The notes below the pieces were generated by a model, which searched no databases, was not told the DNA's origin, and saw only the letters and a program-made list of their open reading frames with translations. This document shows, in pieces, positions 6,894 through 15,100 of a DNA stretch of 54,565 nt. The DNA is taken from the NCBI GenBank assembly GCA_947165815.1, contig CAMVBZ010000002.1:1-54565 (forward strand), read 5' to 3'. The position numbers and the translations under genes are program-made. How positions within the stretch are numbered: the stretch's first letter is position 1; every line of letters begins with the position of its first letter. Origin of the DNA: an uncultured Clostridia bacterium. GTDB taxonomy: Bacteria; Bacillota; Clostridia; Christensenellales; CAG-917.

Positions 6894-8592
6894 TAATCTC
6901 AAAAACGTAATAGACGATATTGAAAAATTCCTAGAAACTCCAATAGGTGGCGAGCAGCAAGGCTATGATAATTCTCCTACAGCAACTCAGGACACTGCTT
7001 CCTCTAAAGGAGCTTTTGGACGTAGAATGACAAGATTCTTTGCTTTAGAGCCAGGAATGACTTGTCCACACTGCAAGTACGGGAAAATCGAGGAAGACCC
7101 ATCCTTTAACGGCACTCCTTGTGAATTTTTCGTTTATTGTCCAGTCTGTAACGCTCATATATGTACGTATGCACCTATGCCTCACCAAGAAGCTTTCCAT
7201 AAGGATGAGCATCTAAAGAAGTTATATGCGGGCGGATTCGGTAGTGCAAAGACCTATACTTGTGGTATGGAGGTCATTGCTCACGCCTTACAAATACCAA
7301 ATGCTGCAGTACTTATAGGTGCTGCGACCTGGGGCCAAGTTTCAGACACGTGTTTGAAGTTTATTTGTGATAATTTACCTTCTAGACTTGTGCAACGCTC
7401 TAACCAAGACAAAGTTAACTGGTATCTTCAACTGATTAATGGTACCCGTATTTCAGCTAAAGCGTTGGACAAAGAAGGTAAAATTCGTTCTGCGAACTTA
7501 ACAATGATTTGGGTAGAAGAAGCATCCGAAGTTGAATACCCAATCATTGCTTATATTGCTGCCCGTCTTAGAAATAAAGCGGCATTCTTCAAAGGGAAGT
7601 CCCGTTTAAGAATGCTATTATCTTCTAACCCAGACGTTGGCTGGCTAAATCAAAACTGGCTTATGTGCTCCGATGTTATTTATTACCACGGAGCTGTTAA
7701 AGATAGATATAACGTTCCTCCAGAAAAGCGTGATCCAGCCATTTCCACGCATATTTCTGCAACATCTGCAAATATCTATCTCCCACCAGATTACGAGGAA
7801 AATTTAGCCAGAAATAAAGAAGAATGGTGGGTCAATAGATACCTTAAAGGATCGTTCAAATACACTGAAGGTCTGGTTTATCCAAACTTTGTAGACTGGT
7901 TTTGCGAACCTTTCAAAATTCCAGCACACTGGCGTAGAATAACCGGCACAGACTTCGGTCGTAGAGATCCTACCGCACATGTTGTGGCGGCACTTGACCC
8001 AGTAAAAAAGATAATTTATGTATATAACGAAGTCGAGGAAGTTTTAGATGATAAACCCCTTGATTATATTATAAATAAAATCAAGGCTGCAGATGACTTT
8101 CCAAACCGCCTCCTGGCATTTCCTCATCAATGTGATCCTAGAGGACGTAATAAAGACCAAATTTCTGGTCAAAGTTGGATGGATGTCTATAGAGAACGTG
8201 GGATTATTTTCCAAACTGCACGTGATTGCGAGGGAAATTCTCTAGCTCCTACGATCCAAAAGCTCTATAACTACGCAAAACACGGCAGATTGAAGATTTT
8301 CAACACTTGTAGAAAGATATATAACGAGCTTTCCAAATACAAATACAAGGAAAGACAGACCGGTGATGATTCTAACCAAGGTGAAAAACCTCAAGATAAG
8401 AACAATCACCTCCCAGATGCTCTCCGTTATATGCTTTCACCATTCCCACAATTCCCAGAAGACCCATCAACCTTTGAGGACTTATGGAGGGAAATGTCCA
8501 TTAGACAAAATTCGTCAACACCATACAACTATTTGTCATCAGAGGATGAAAATTCCGAGTTAGTTGTTGAATATATGGACAACTTTGGCTAA
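6880..8592 (+). CDS. terL: Terminase large subunit with an N-terminal 4-Cys zinc-ribbon extension
   Basis: Walker A-like GGFGSAKT, Walker B MIWVEEASE and a nuclease-region motif GTDFGRRDPTAHVVAALD. Zinc ribbon CPHC...CPVC in the first ~110 aa. Start set to ATG 6880 (the track start at 6862 is TTG). Confidence 0.85.
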   Translation: MKRNNNLKNVIDDIEKFLETPIGGEQQGYDNSPTATQDTASSKGAFGRRMTRFFALEPGMTCPHCKYGKIEEDPSFNGTPCEFFVYCPVCNAHICTYAPMPHQEAFHKDEHLKKLYAGGFGSAKTYTCGMEVIAHALQIPNAAVLIGAATWGQVSDTCLKFICDNLPSRLVQRSNQDKVNWYLQLINGTRISAKALDKEGKIRSANLTMIWVEEASEVEYPIIAYIAARLRNKAAFFKGKSRLRMLLSSNPDVGWLNQNWLMCSDVIYYHGAVKDRYNVPPEKRDPAISTHISATSANIYLPPDYEENLARNKEEWWVNRYLKGSFKYTEGLVYPNFVDWFCEPFKIPAHWRRITGTDFGRRDPTAHVVAALDPVKKIIYVYNEVEEVLDDKPLDYIINKIKAADDFPNRLLAFPHQCDPRGRNKDQISGQSWMDVYRERGIIFQTARDCEGNSLAPTIQKLYNYAKHGRLKIFNTCRKIYNELSKYKYKERQTGDDSNQGEKPQDKNNHLPDALRYMLSPFPQFPEDPSTFEDLWREMSIRQNSSTPYNYLSSEDENSELVVEYMDNFG

Positions 8593-8609
8593 AATTGGAG
8601 ATAGAAATT

Positions 8610-8942
8610 ATGGAACACGAAGAAATTGAACAAAAATTGTCAAATATAGAGAAAAAACAGGATAAAATCCTAAATTTACTCACCAAAATCGCAAAAACAC
8701 TGCATCTTTTACCTGTTTCCGAAAAAGAAGAACGTGAAATTCAAATTCAGCAACGTGCAAACTTTGCAATGCAAGCAAAAGTTAACGATGATCTTGATAA
8801 GATGGAAAACAAAGAAGGTAAAGTTGATACCTCTCATGATTTAAGCAGTATCTATAATGATATTGCTGAACAGTCACCAGAGGCTGTCTATGAAGACGTT
8901 TTAGGAGCAGACATTTTGTCGGGTATGAAAGAGGAGGCTTAA
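8610..8942 (+). CDS. Hypothetical acidic coiled-coil protein (110 aa)
   Basis: ATG 8610 has GGAG 9 nt upstream (the track start at 8595 is TTG). Lies between terL and the portal gene. Confidence 0.7.
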   Translation: MEHEEIEQKLSNIEKKQDKILNLLTKIAKTLHLLPVSEKEEREIQIQQRANFAMQAKVNDDLDKMENKEGKVDTSHDLSSIYNDIAEQSPEAVYEDVLGADILSGMKEEA

Positions 8943-8945
8943 TCT

Positions 8946-10853
8946 ATGAACGAGAAAGACTACAATAAGCAACTTGCAGAATCTGTTGAAAAGATCACCT
9001 CTCAGGATATTTTAGACAAGTACAGTATTACCGAATACAATGTTGATGACATTATTCGTGATTTTGAAACAGCCTATCAATATAAGATTGAACAAGCTAG
9101 AATTTTCAAAATTTTAGATGCCGCAGACCATTCCGACATCTGGAAAACTTATAATCGTAAAATTCCTAGACACGTACAAACACCTACACATAACCCTATT
9201 ACAATTATTAAAGAAGCAACAAAAGCTTCCATTATGCCAACATCCTTTCAAGGGGAGTTTAGAGCTCTTACAAAAGAAGCTTGGCCAATCGCAAATGTTT
9301 GTAATAAGTATTTTGCTATGAAGTGGGAAGCCAGTGATATGGATCACCACAATAGCGAAGCCGCAGACTATGCTTTCCTCCACGGCACTTCCGGTGTTTT
9401 ATTTGGTTGGAATGGCAACATTATTGATAGTGCAGATGTTTCAAACTATTTTAATCCTGCTAAACATACACAATTCCAAGCCAAAGCCTGGCATCCATCA
9501 AATATTTTCCCAGACCCATCTGCTGAAACGGTAGAAGAAATGTCTTACTTATTCTTCGTAGAAAAGAAATCGAAATCTTTCCTTAAGACAATTTCAAGAT
9601 TTGCGGATGCATTATGGGCGATTGAGAATACTGCCGATGCTTATGGAAACCTAAATGCTAATGTAGTTGCAGATAAAGCAAAACAATCTTCTAATGAAGT
9701 CGTGACATTTATCACATGTTATAAGAGAGTTAACCGTGTTGTTCAAGACCCAGTGACTGGTCAAACAAGGATTGCTCCAAAAGTTGATGTTATTTATATG
9801 GCAGGTAAGAACATTTTAGATATTTCACCTAACATTGAACCTAACATCATTCCATTCGTCCCACTTTATGATGAAAAGATCCCAAATAACTTCTGGGGTA
9901 TCTCAAAATGCTATAAAGTGCTTTCTCTAGTACTTACCCTTAACCAAATCGATAGTATTGAAGCAACTGCTTACTTCAAAAATCAAAATCCAGCCGAGTT
10001 CATTAACTCTTTAGCCGGCATCAATGTTGCCCAATATCAAAACAAACGTGATAACCCAGATGCGGCATTCACTGTAAACTGTGATCCTAAAATCGTCCAA
10101 GCATTTGCCAATCGTCCAGAGTTACCAAAGACTATTGACAGTTTCCGTCAATACCTCTTACAAGAAATTGCCAACATCTCTGGTGTAGATGCAGCATACC
10201 TTGGTAGAAGTTATGGTTCTATCCAGACAACTGGTGGTGTTGAACAAGCCGTTGATCGTGCAACTATGCGTGATAGCAATAGAATCAAGATGATTGACAA
10301 ATTTGTTCGTAAAGAAATCGAAATCATGTGTCAATTCTACATTGCCAAAGGTTCAGTTGAAGATTTCCACGCTCCAGGATCAAAGGCTTCTCATGATGAA
10401 GCGGGGGAATCCTTACAATTTGATCCAACAGCTTTAATTGCTAGAGAAGACATCGAGATTACGGTGTCTAATGCTGCTCCACGTTCTAGCCAATCTTTAG
10501 AAGATGCAGCATCTGCCTTAATGGAACTTCAAATGAAGTACGACCCAGCTGCTCACGGATATGCTGATTTCATTACTCCAGAAGAATATATTGAATGGAT
10601 GAACATTCCAAAATCTCAAAAGAACATTCTCCAGGAGCGTATGAGAGCACAACAAGAGAATATGAAGATTGAAGAATACATGGCTGTCATCTCTGCCTTC
10701 GGGCAATTAGTTGATGGTGGTATGGATCCAGAACAAGCAGTACTCGAAGTTGCTAAACAGATTGAAGCAAGTAAACTGGGACAGTTACCAGCTACTACAG
10801 GGTTAGGAGCTACCAATATTAATGGTGAAATGCCACCTGCCCAACCACAATAA
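8946..10853 (+). CDS. Portal protein (assigned by position and size)
   Basis: 635-aa ORF just downstream of the terminase and upstream of scaffold and capsid. GAGGAGG RBS. No motif-level proof. Confidence 0.6.
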   Translation: MNEKDYNKQLAESVEKITSQDILDKYSITEYNVDDIIRDFETAYQYKIEQARIFKILDAADHSDIWKTYNRKIPRHVQTPTHNPITIIKEATKASIMPTSFQGEFRALTKEAWPIANVCNKYFAMKWEASDMDHHNSEAADYAFLHGTSGVLFGWNGNIIDSADVSNYFNPAKHTQFQAKAWHPSNIFPDPSAETVEEMSYLFFVEKKSKSFLKTISRFADALWAIENTADAYGNLNANVVADKAKQSSNEVVTFITCYKRVNRVVQDPVTGQTRIAPKVDVIYMAGKNILDISPNIEPNIIPFVPLYDEKIPNNFWGISKCYKVLSLVLTLNQIDSIEATAYFKNQNPAEFINSLAGINVAQYQNKRDNPDAAFTVNCDPKIVQAFANRPELPKTIDSFRQYLLQEIANISGVDAAYLGRSYGSIQTTGGVEQAVDRATMRDSNRIKMIDKFVRKEIEIMCQFYIAKGSVEDFHAPGSKASHDEAGESLQFDPTALIAREDIEITVSNAAPRSSQSLEDAASALMELQMKYDPAAHGYADFITPEEYIEWMNIPKSQKNILQERMRAQQENMKIEEYMAVISAFGQLVDGGMDPEQAVLEVAKQIEASKLGQLPATTGLGATNINGEMPPAQPQ

Positions 10854-10859
10854 AAGTAT

Positions 10860-10888
10860 TTGACACTTTACGTCCAACATTCTAAACT
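10860..10888 (+). promoter_or_regulatory. Sigma70-type promoter upstream of the scaffold and capsid genes
   Basis: TTGACA (10860-10865), 17 nt, then TAAACT (10883-10888). The -10 is part of the recurring TAAACTATA motif. Confidence 0.5.
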
Positions 10889-10913
10889 ATAAGTAAAAGG
10901 AGCCCTATATAAT

Positions 10914-11792
10914 ATGGATAACACAAACCAAAATGATTTCTCAGGCATTCCAGCACTTGGTGATACCCAAGGCTTGGAGAACTATTTAAACAACGCTGCT
11001 TTAGCTGCTCAGGGTTTACCAACTCCTGAACAATCAGCCCCAGCACCAGCACCAACCGCTCAACCAGCGGCTAATCCTGCTCAAGCAAATCCAGCTGAAC
11101 AACCAGCTGCCCAACCTGCAACACAACCAAGTGCTCAACCATTAGGTAATGCATCAGCCCCTCAACAAGGTTTCACAAGAGATCAAGTTGCTGCAATCGT
11201 TGCACAAGCAGATGCTATTAGAGCACAACAAGCCCAACGTCAGGCTGCTCCACAAGGCAATCCTCAACGTCAAACATTCCAATATACCGACCAAGAGAGA
11301 AACTTTGTGATCAATGCTATGCAACGTGGTTACTCACTTGAACAAATCAATCAAGTGATTATGCAACGTAGAGGCCAAGCAGGTAATGCTAACAATGCTA
11401 CAGAGCAACGTATTGCTGCTGTTGAAAATTACCTTCGTACACAAGAGTATAGACAAGCTGAAGAAGCCTTTGTCAATAAACTCTCAACATTCGGTAATAA
11501 GTTCGGTCTTTCAGAACAAGACCTTGTAACATTCGGTGATGCTGCTATGAAAAAAGGTATCAATATTGCTATGCCAAATGTGGACTTAGAAACTGTCTTC
11601 AAAGCCATTTATCCAGAGCAATATGCTATACGCCTCCAAAGAATGACACCTACAAACACATCTCAGATTTACGGTGGCACAAGTATTCCAGAGGGCAACA
11701 GAGCCGCAGCTTCAAAAGTTGAAGATGCCTATGTCGATGCTTTCTTGAAACAAGCTATGCCAAACCAATTCAGTATGTTGAACAAAAAATAG
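10914..11792 (+). CDS. Scaffolding protein candidate (292 aa)
   Basis: Lies between portal and capsid. P/A/Q-rich linker followed by a Q/A/R-rich helical sequence. Confidence 0.5.
   Translation: MDNTNQNDFSGIPALGDTQGLENYLNNAALAAQGLPTPEQSAPAPAPTAQPAANPAQANPAEQPAAQPATQPSAQPLGNASAPQQGFTRDQVAAIVAQADAIRAQQAQRQAAPQGNPQRQTFQYTDQERNFVINAMQRGYSLEQINQVIMQRRGQAGNANNATEQRIAAVENYLRTQEYRQAEEAFVNKLSTFGNKFGLSEQDLVTFGDAAMKKGINIAMPNVDLETVFKAIYPEQYAIRLQRMTPTNTSQIYGGTSIPEGNRAAASKVEDAYVDAFLKQAMPNQFSMLNKK
11019..11168 (+). repeat. Low-complexity P/A/Q-rich coding tract (imperfect CAACCAGC-type repeats)
   Basis: Encodes LPTPEQSAPAPAPTAQPAANPAQANPAEQPAAQPATQPSAQP... Locally more GC-rich than its surroundings. Confidence 0.8.
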
Positions 11793-11806
11793 GAGGATGA
11801 AAATCA

Positions 11807-13567
11807 ATGGATGATTTAACATTAATCAACAATACTTCGGTGTATCGTAATCCTGCACCTCAATCTCCACTTCAAGGCCCAAACGTGATGCAACCTGCTG
11901 TTGTGTACAGCAAGATTATGCTCAAAACCATTGAATTGGCAGAAAGCGATTACGTTTTTGATGGTTTAGCAACAGAAAGAACTATGCCATCTAACAATGG
12001 TGCTAACGAAATCGTCTTCAAGAGAATGCTTTCATTAGCAGCTCACACTCAACCATTAGTTGAAGGTATCCCACCAGCAAGTGATCAAGGCAGAATGGTC
12101 GCTATCAAAGGTAGTACCAAATCTTATGGTCGTGTTATGAAATTCACAGATAAAGTTAATTGGGCAGTTGTTGACCCACTTATCTCTGAATACACACGTC
12201 AACTTGCATTAAAGATTCCTGAAACAAAGGACATCTTAGCTCAAGAAGCTCTCTTATCTGAATGTCAAACATTCTATGCTCAACCAAAGAAAGTCTTCTC
12301 AAATGCGAGTGACCCAGATACCTTAGTGATTGACGCTGAAAAACCAATGGTTTCACACATCAGCCGCCTCTCACCACTCTGCAACCCAACTTTAGACGAG
12401 TTCCGTAAAATCGTCCTCAGTGAAGAAGCAGCTAAGGTTCGTCCATACTCCGGTGGTAACTTCTTAGGTCTTATCTCCAGTGCTGTTATGTTTGACTTAA
12501 TCACAGACAGACGTGTTAAGGAATATATGAAGTTTGCCGGTACAGGTGAAGCTTACAAGGGTGATGTTGTCGTTGACTTATTCTCCCTTACCTTCAAGAA
12601 AGCAAAAACAATTAAAACAGATAACACTTACATTAACGAAGATGGTGAAATCTGCTACATCTACAACAGTGCTTCCGCCAATAAAAACTTTGTCTTTATT
12701 GGTACCGACTATGCTAATTCCACAGCTGACACAATGATTATTGCTGTTAACCTTGCTACAGGTGAAGCTGCGGCAGCCGCTAAAAAGTCAACCTTCACAG
12801 GTGAATCTGCATTACCAGCCGATTTAGATGTTCTCAACGTTCACCACTCCTACGTTATCGGTGAAGAAGCTTTGTTCAGAATCGGTGTCGAAGGCCACAC
12901 AGCTCCTCAATTCATTAAGAAAGAATTAGGTTCTGCTGGTACTGAAGACCCATTGAACCAAAGACAATCCATCGGTTGGAAGATCGATAGCTTAGGCTAT
13001 AAGGTCGTCAACCCAGACGCAGTTGTAGACTATATGTCCATTCCTTCTCAATACAGAGTCAATGTCCACGCAAGACCAGACTTGAAAAACGAATTTACAG
13101 ATTACTACTACGGCTACGCTGAAAACCAAGATGGCTCTGGTGCTTACTATCACCCAGAACAAGTTAACGAATTTGGCGGTGTGCACTATGTTAAAGGTAC
13201 TTCCAAACAAGTCTACCCAATCAAAATGTCCAAACTCGTTAAGCCAATCAATGGTGGTCGTATCGATGCCAATGGCAAAAAGAATGTCGTCAAAGGTGAT
13301 GTTCCAACAATGCAATTTGCTCTTAAGTCTAATAAAGCCATTAGATTCCTTAAGGATCAAGTTGAACATGGTACATCTGGCAATGCCGCTAAGTGGTACA
13401 TCAAGGGCTTAGCCAACACAGCTGCTGCTGAAGTTGAAGCTATCGAACCAAATGGTGTTGTGTTTGATTCCACAGAAATTAAAGCTGATGGTACTGGCAC
13501 AGAATCCAGAAAAGCCTTAGTTGAACATGGCGATGTTAACAAGACAGGCGACGACAGAATTGACTGA
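11807..13567 (+). CDS. Major capsid protein candidate (586 aa)
   Basis: Large ORF directly after the scaffold candidate, with an AGGAGGA RBS. Assigned by synteny only. Confidence 0.55.
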   Translation: MDDLTLINNTSVYRNPAPQSPLQGPNVMQPAVVYSKIMLKTIELAESDYVFDGLATERTMPSNNGANEIVFKRMLSLAAHTQPLVEGIPPASDQGRMVAIKGSTKSYGRVMKFTDKVNWAVVDPLISEYTRQLALKIPETKDILAQEALLSECQTFYAQPKKVFSNASDPDTLVIDAEKPMVSHISRLSPLCNPTLDEFRKIVLSEEAAKVRPYSGGNFLGLISSAVMFDLITDRRVKEYMKFAGTGEAYKGDVVVDLFSLTFKKAKTIKTDNTYINEDGEICYIYNSASANKNFVFIGTDYANSTADTMIIAVNLATGEAAAAAKKSTFTGESALPADLDVLNVHHSYVIGEEALFRIGVEGHTAPQFIKKELGSAGTEDPLNQRQSIGWKIDSLGYKVVNPDAVVDYMSIPSQYRVNVHARPDLKNEFTDYYYGYAENQDGSGAYYHPEQVNEFGGVHYVKGTSKQVYPIKMSKLVKPINGGRIDANGKKNVVKGDVPTMQFALKSNKAIRFLKDQVEHGTSGNAAKWYIKGLANTAAAEVEAIEPNGVVFDSTEIKADGTGTESRKALVEHGDVNKTGDDRID

Positions 13568-13592
13568 TAATCAGTAGAAAGAGGAATGAACT

Positions 13593-14189
13593 ATGTCTAA
13601 CGAAATTTCAGAAAACAAAAAGGTTACTACTGAATCTGAGATAGGTAGTAATAGTGTAGGGCATTCCAAGATGCTAGGTGAATCAGGGGGAGCTCAAAAG
13701 GCTTCTCCTGAGGAACTTGAACTAGCCTTGGTTGCTTCTCAACAAACTATTGCTCGACTTCAAGCCGAATTAGACGCAAAGCGTGCTAACGAAGGCAACA
13801 GTGACAGTGTAAATAGATTAGCAGATCTTCTAGCTTCTGCTATCACAGGTAAAGTCGGACAAGGCCCAGCCGAATCCGATAATATCAACCGTACATCCGA
13901 CTTTAGGGAACGTACCCTCATTGATGGTACTAGCTTAATGGAAGCACAACAAACTATGATGATGTACAAGAATGAACCAAAGGAACCTATTTCCATTTCC
14001 AAAACGTTCCAAAACCAATTTGGGCCATCTCTCGTTGTCACAGTTAACGGTGTCCGTGTAGCGATTCCTGTTGATGGAAAAACTTACTACATTAACAAGA
14101 CACATTGTGTCCACGCTAAAGAACGTCTTGCAAAGGTTGATAGATTACTGTCCGATACAGAACCTCAAGTAATTGAAACTAATGCTTAA
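13593..14189 (+). CDS. Hypothetical head-module protein (198 aa)
   Basis: ORF track. AGAGGAA RBS. It is the last gene before a strong terminator. Confidence 0.75.
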   Translation: MSNEISENKKVTTESEIGSNSVGHSKMLGESGGAQKASPEELELALVASQQTIARLQAELDAKRANEGNSDSVNRLADLLASAITGKVGQGPAESDNINRTSDFRERTLIDGTSLMEAQQTMMMYKNEPKEPISISKTFQNQFGPSLVVTVNGVRVAIPVDGKTYYINKTHCVHAKERLAKVDRLLSDTEPQVIETNA

Positions 14190-14212
14190 AGAATCCTTCT
14201 AATAACCTTAAA

Positions 14213-14238
14213 GGCAGGTGAAAACCTGTCTTTTATTT
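14213..14238 (+). terminator. Rho-independent terminator ending the head module
   Basis: GGCAGGT-gaaa-ACCTGTC (7 bp, one G-T pair, GAAA tetraloop) followed by TTTTATTT. Confidence 0.75.
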
Positions 14239-14241
14239 ACA

Positions 14242-14270
14242 TTTACATTTCTATTTACATTATGTAAAAT
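14242..14270 (+). promoter_or_regulatory. Sigma70-type promoter inside a TTTACA repeat array
   Basis: TTTACA (14242-14247), 17 nt, then TAAAAT (14265-14270) with TG immediately upstream. Confidence 0.5.
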
Positions 14271-14290
14271 ATAAGAAAGAGGCTATAAGT

Positions 14291-15100
14291 ATGACTATCA
14301 ACGAAATGATCCAAAATATAAACCAAGCAGTTAACTATCCTGCTTTAGCATACTCTGATATTAGCTTATATTTTGATATGGCTATTGCAGAATTAAATAC
14401 AACCTTACACACAAGCATTCCTACGGTAACTCAAATGATTTCAGAATATGAACAAAGAATGTCAAAAGTTAAGAATAAGAGTATTCGTTTAGACAAAGAC
14501 CCTGAAGTTGTTAACTATGATATTCCATCCTTTGATACTTCTGCTAATGCCGCGACTGCTAAAACATTAGGATACAGATTCTATTTCGTATTTGAAACAA
14601 AGAAATTCTATGTTTTAAACAAAGTTACAAACACTTACTATGCTTGTGACAAACTTGATGGCTTCTATGTTAAAGAAGATGCTGATACCAAATACTATAC
14701 CAGTTGTATTATTGGTGATGAAGTTTTCTGGATTAAGAGCACAGTTGATAACATCTTAGAATGTGATCTAGCTGATTACCTTCCAGATGAGTGGGCATTG
14801 TTATGGATGATTCCATATATTTGCTATAAATATACCTGCAGGGATGGTGGTACTGCCACAACCTTTGCAGAAGAAATGACCCAAGGTTTCCAACAATTAC
14901 AGGAAACTTACGATGTCCCAGCTACTGTATGCCTCGCCACCTATGCAGATAGAGTTGCCTATACAAAGTTAGTTGAACAAAATTTGCCAAATTTGAATAT
15001 TAAAGTCCCAACCAGGGCCATCTACCAAGATATGAAACATAATCGTGTATCAAATGCAATCTTTGGTGGAATGTACGATAGAGGTGGTTTCGATGATTAA
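14291..15100 (+). CDS. Hypothetical virion protein (269 aa); head-tail connector candidate by position
   Basis: ORF track. AGAGG RBS. It is the first gene of the tail transcription unit. Confidence 0.75.
   Translation: MTINEMIQNINQAVNYPALAYSDISLYFDMAIAELNTTLHTSIPTVTQMISEYEQRMSKVKNKSIRLDKDPEVVNYDIPSFDTSANAATAKTLGYRFYFVFETKKFYVLNKVTNTYYACDKLDGFYVKEDADTKYYTSCIIGDEVFWIKSTVDNILECDLADYLPDEWALLWMIPYICYKYTCRDGGTATTFAEEMTQGFQQLQETYDVPATVCLATYADRVAYTKLVEQNLPNLNIKVPTRAIYQDMKHNRVSNAIFGGMYDRGGFDD

Noticed and set aside
12992-13369. Antisense or alternative-frame ORFs of 60-140 aa listed in the track. Examples: 12992-13369(-), 24283-24705(-), 27919-28296(-), 33315-33689(-), 38832-39245(+), 40238-40612(+), 46786-47115(+), 39990-40277(-), 49257-49484(-).
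   Set aside because: Each lies wholly inside a much longer, motif-supported ORF. They have no RBS and show low-complexity or hydrophobic shadow-frame composition. They are treated as non-coding shadows.
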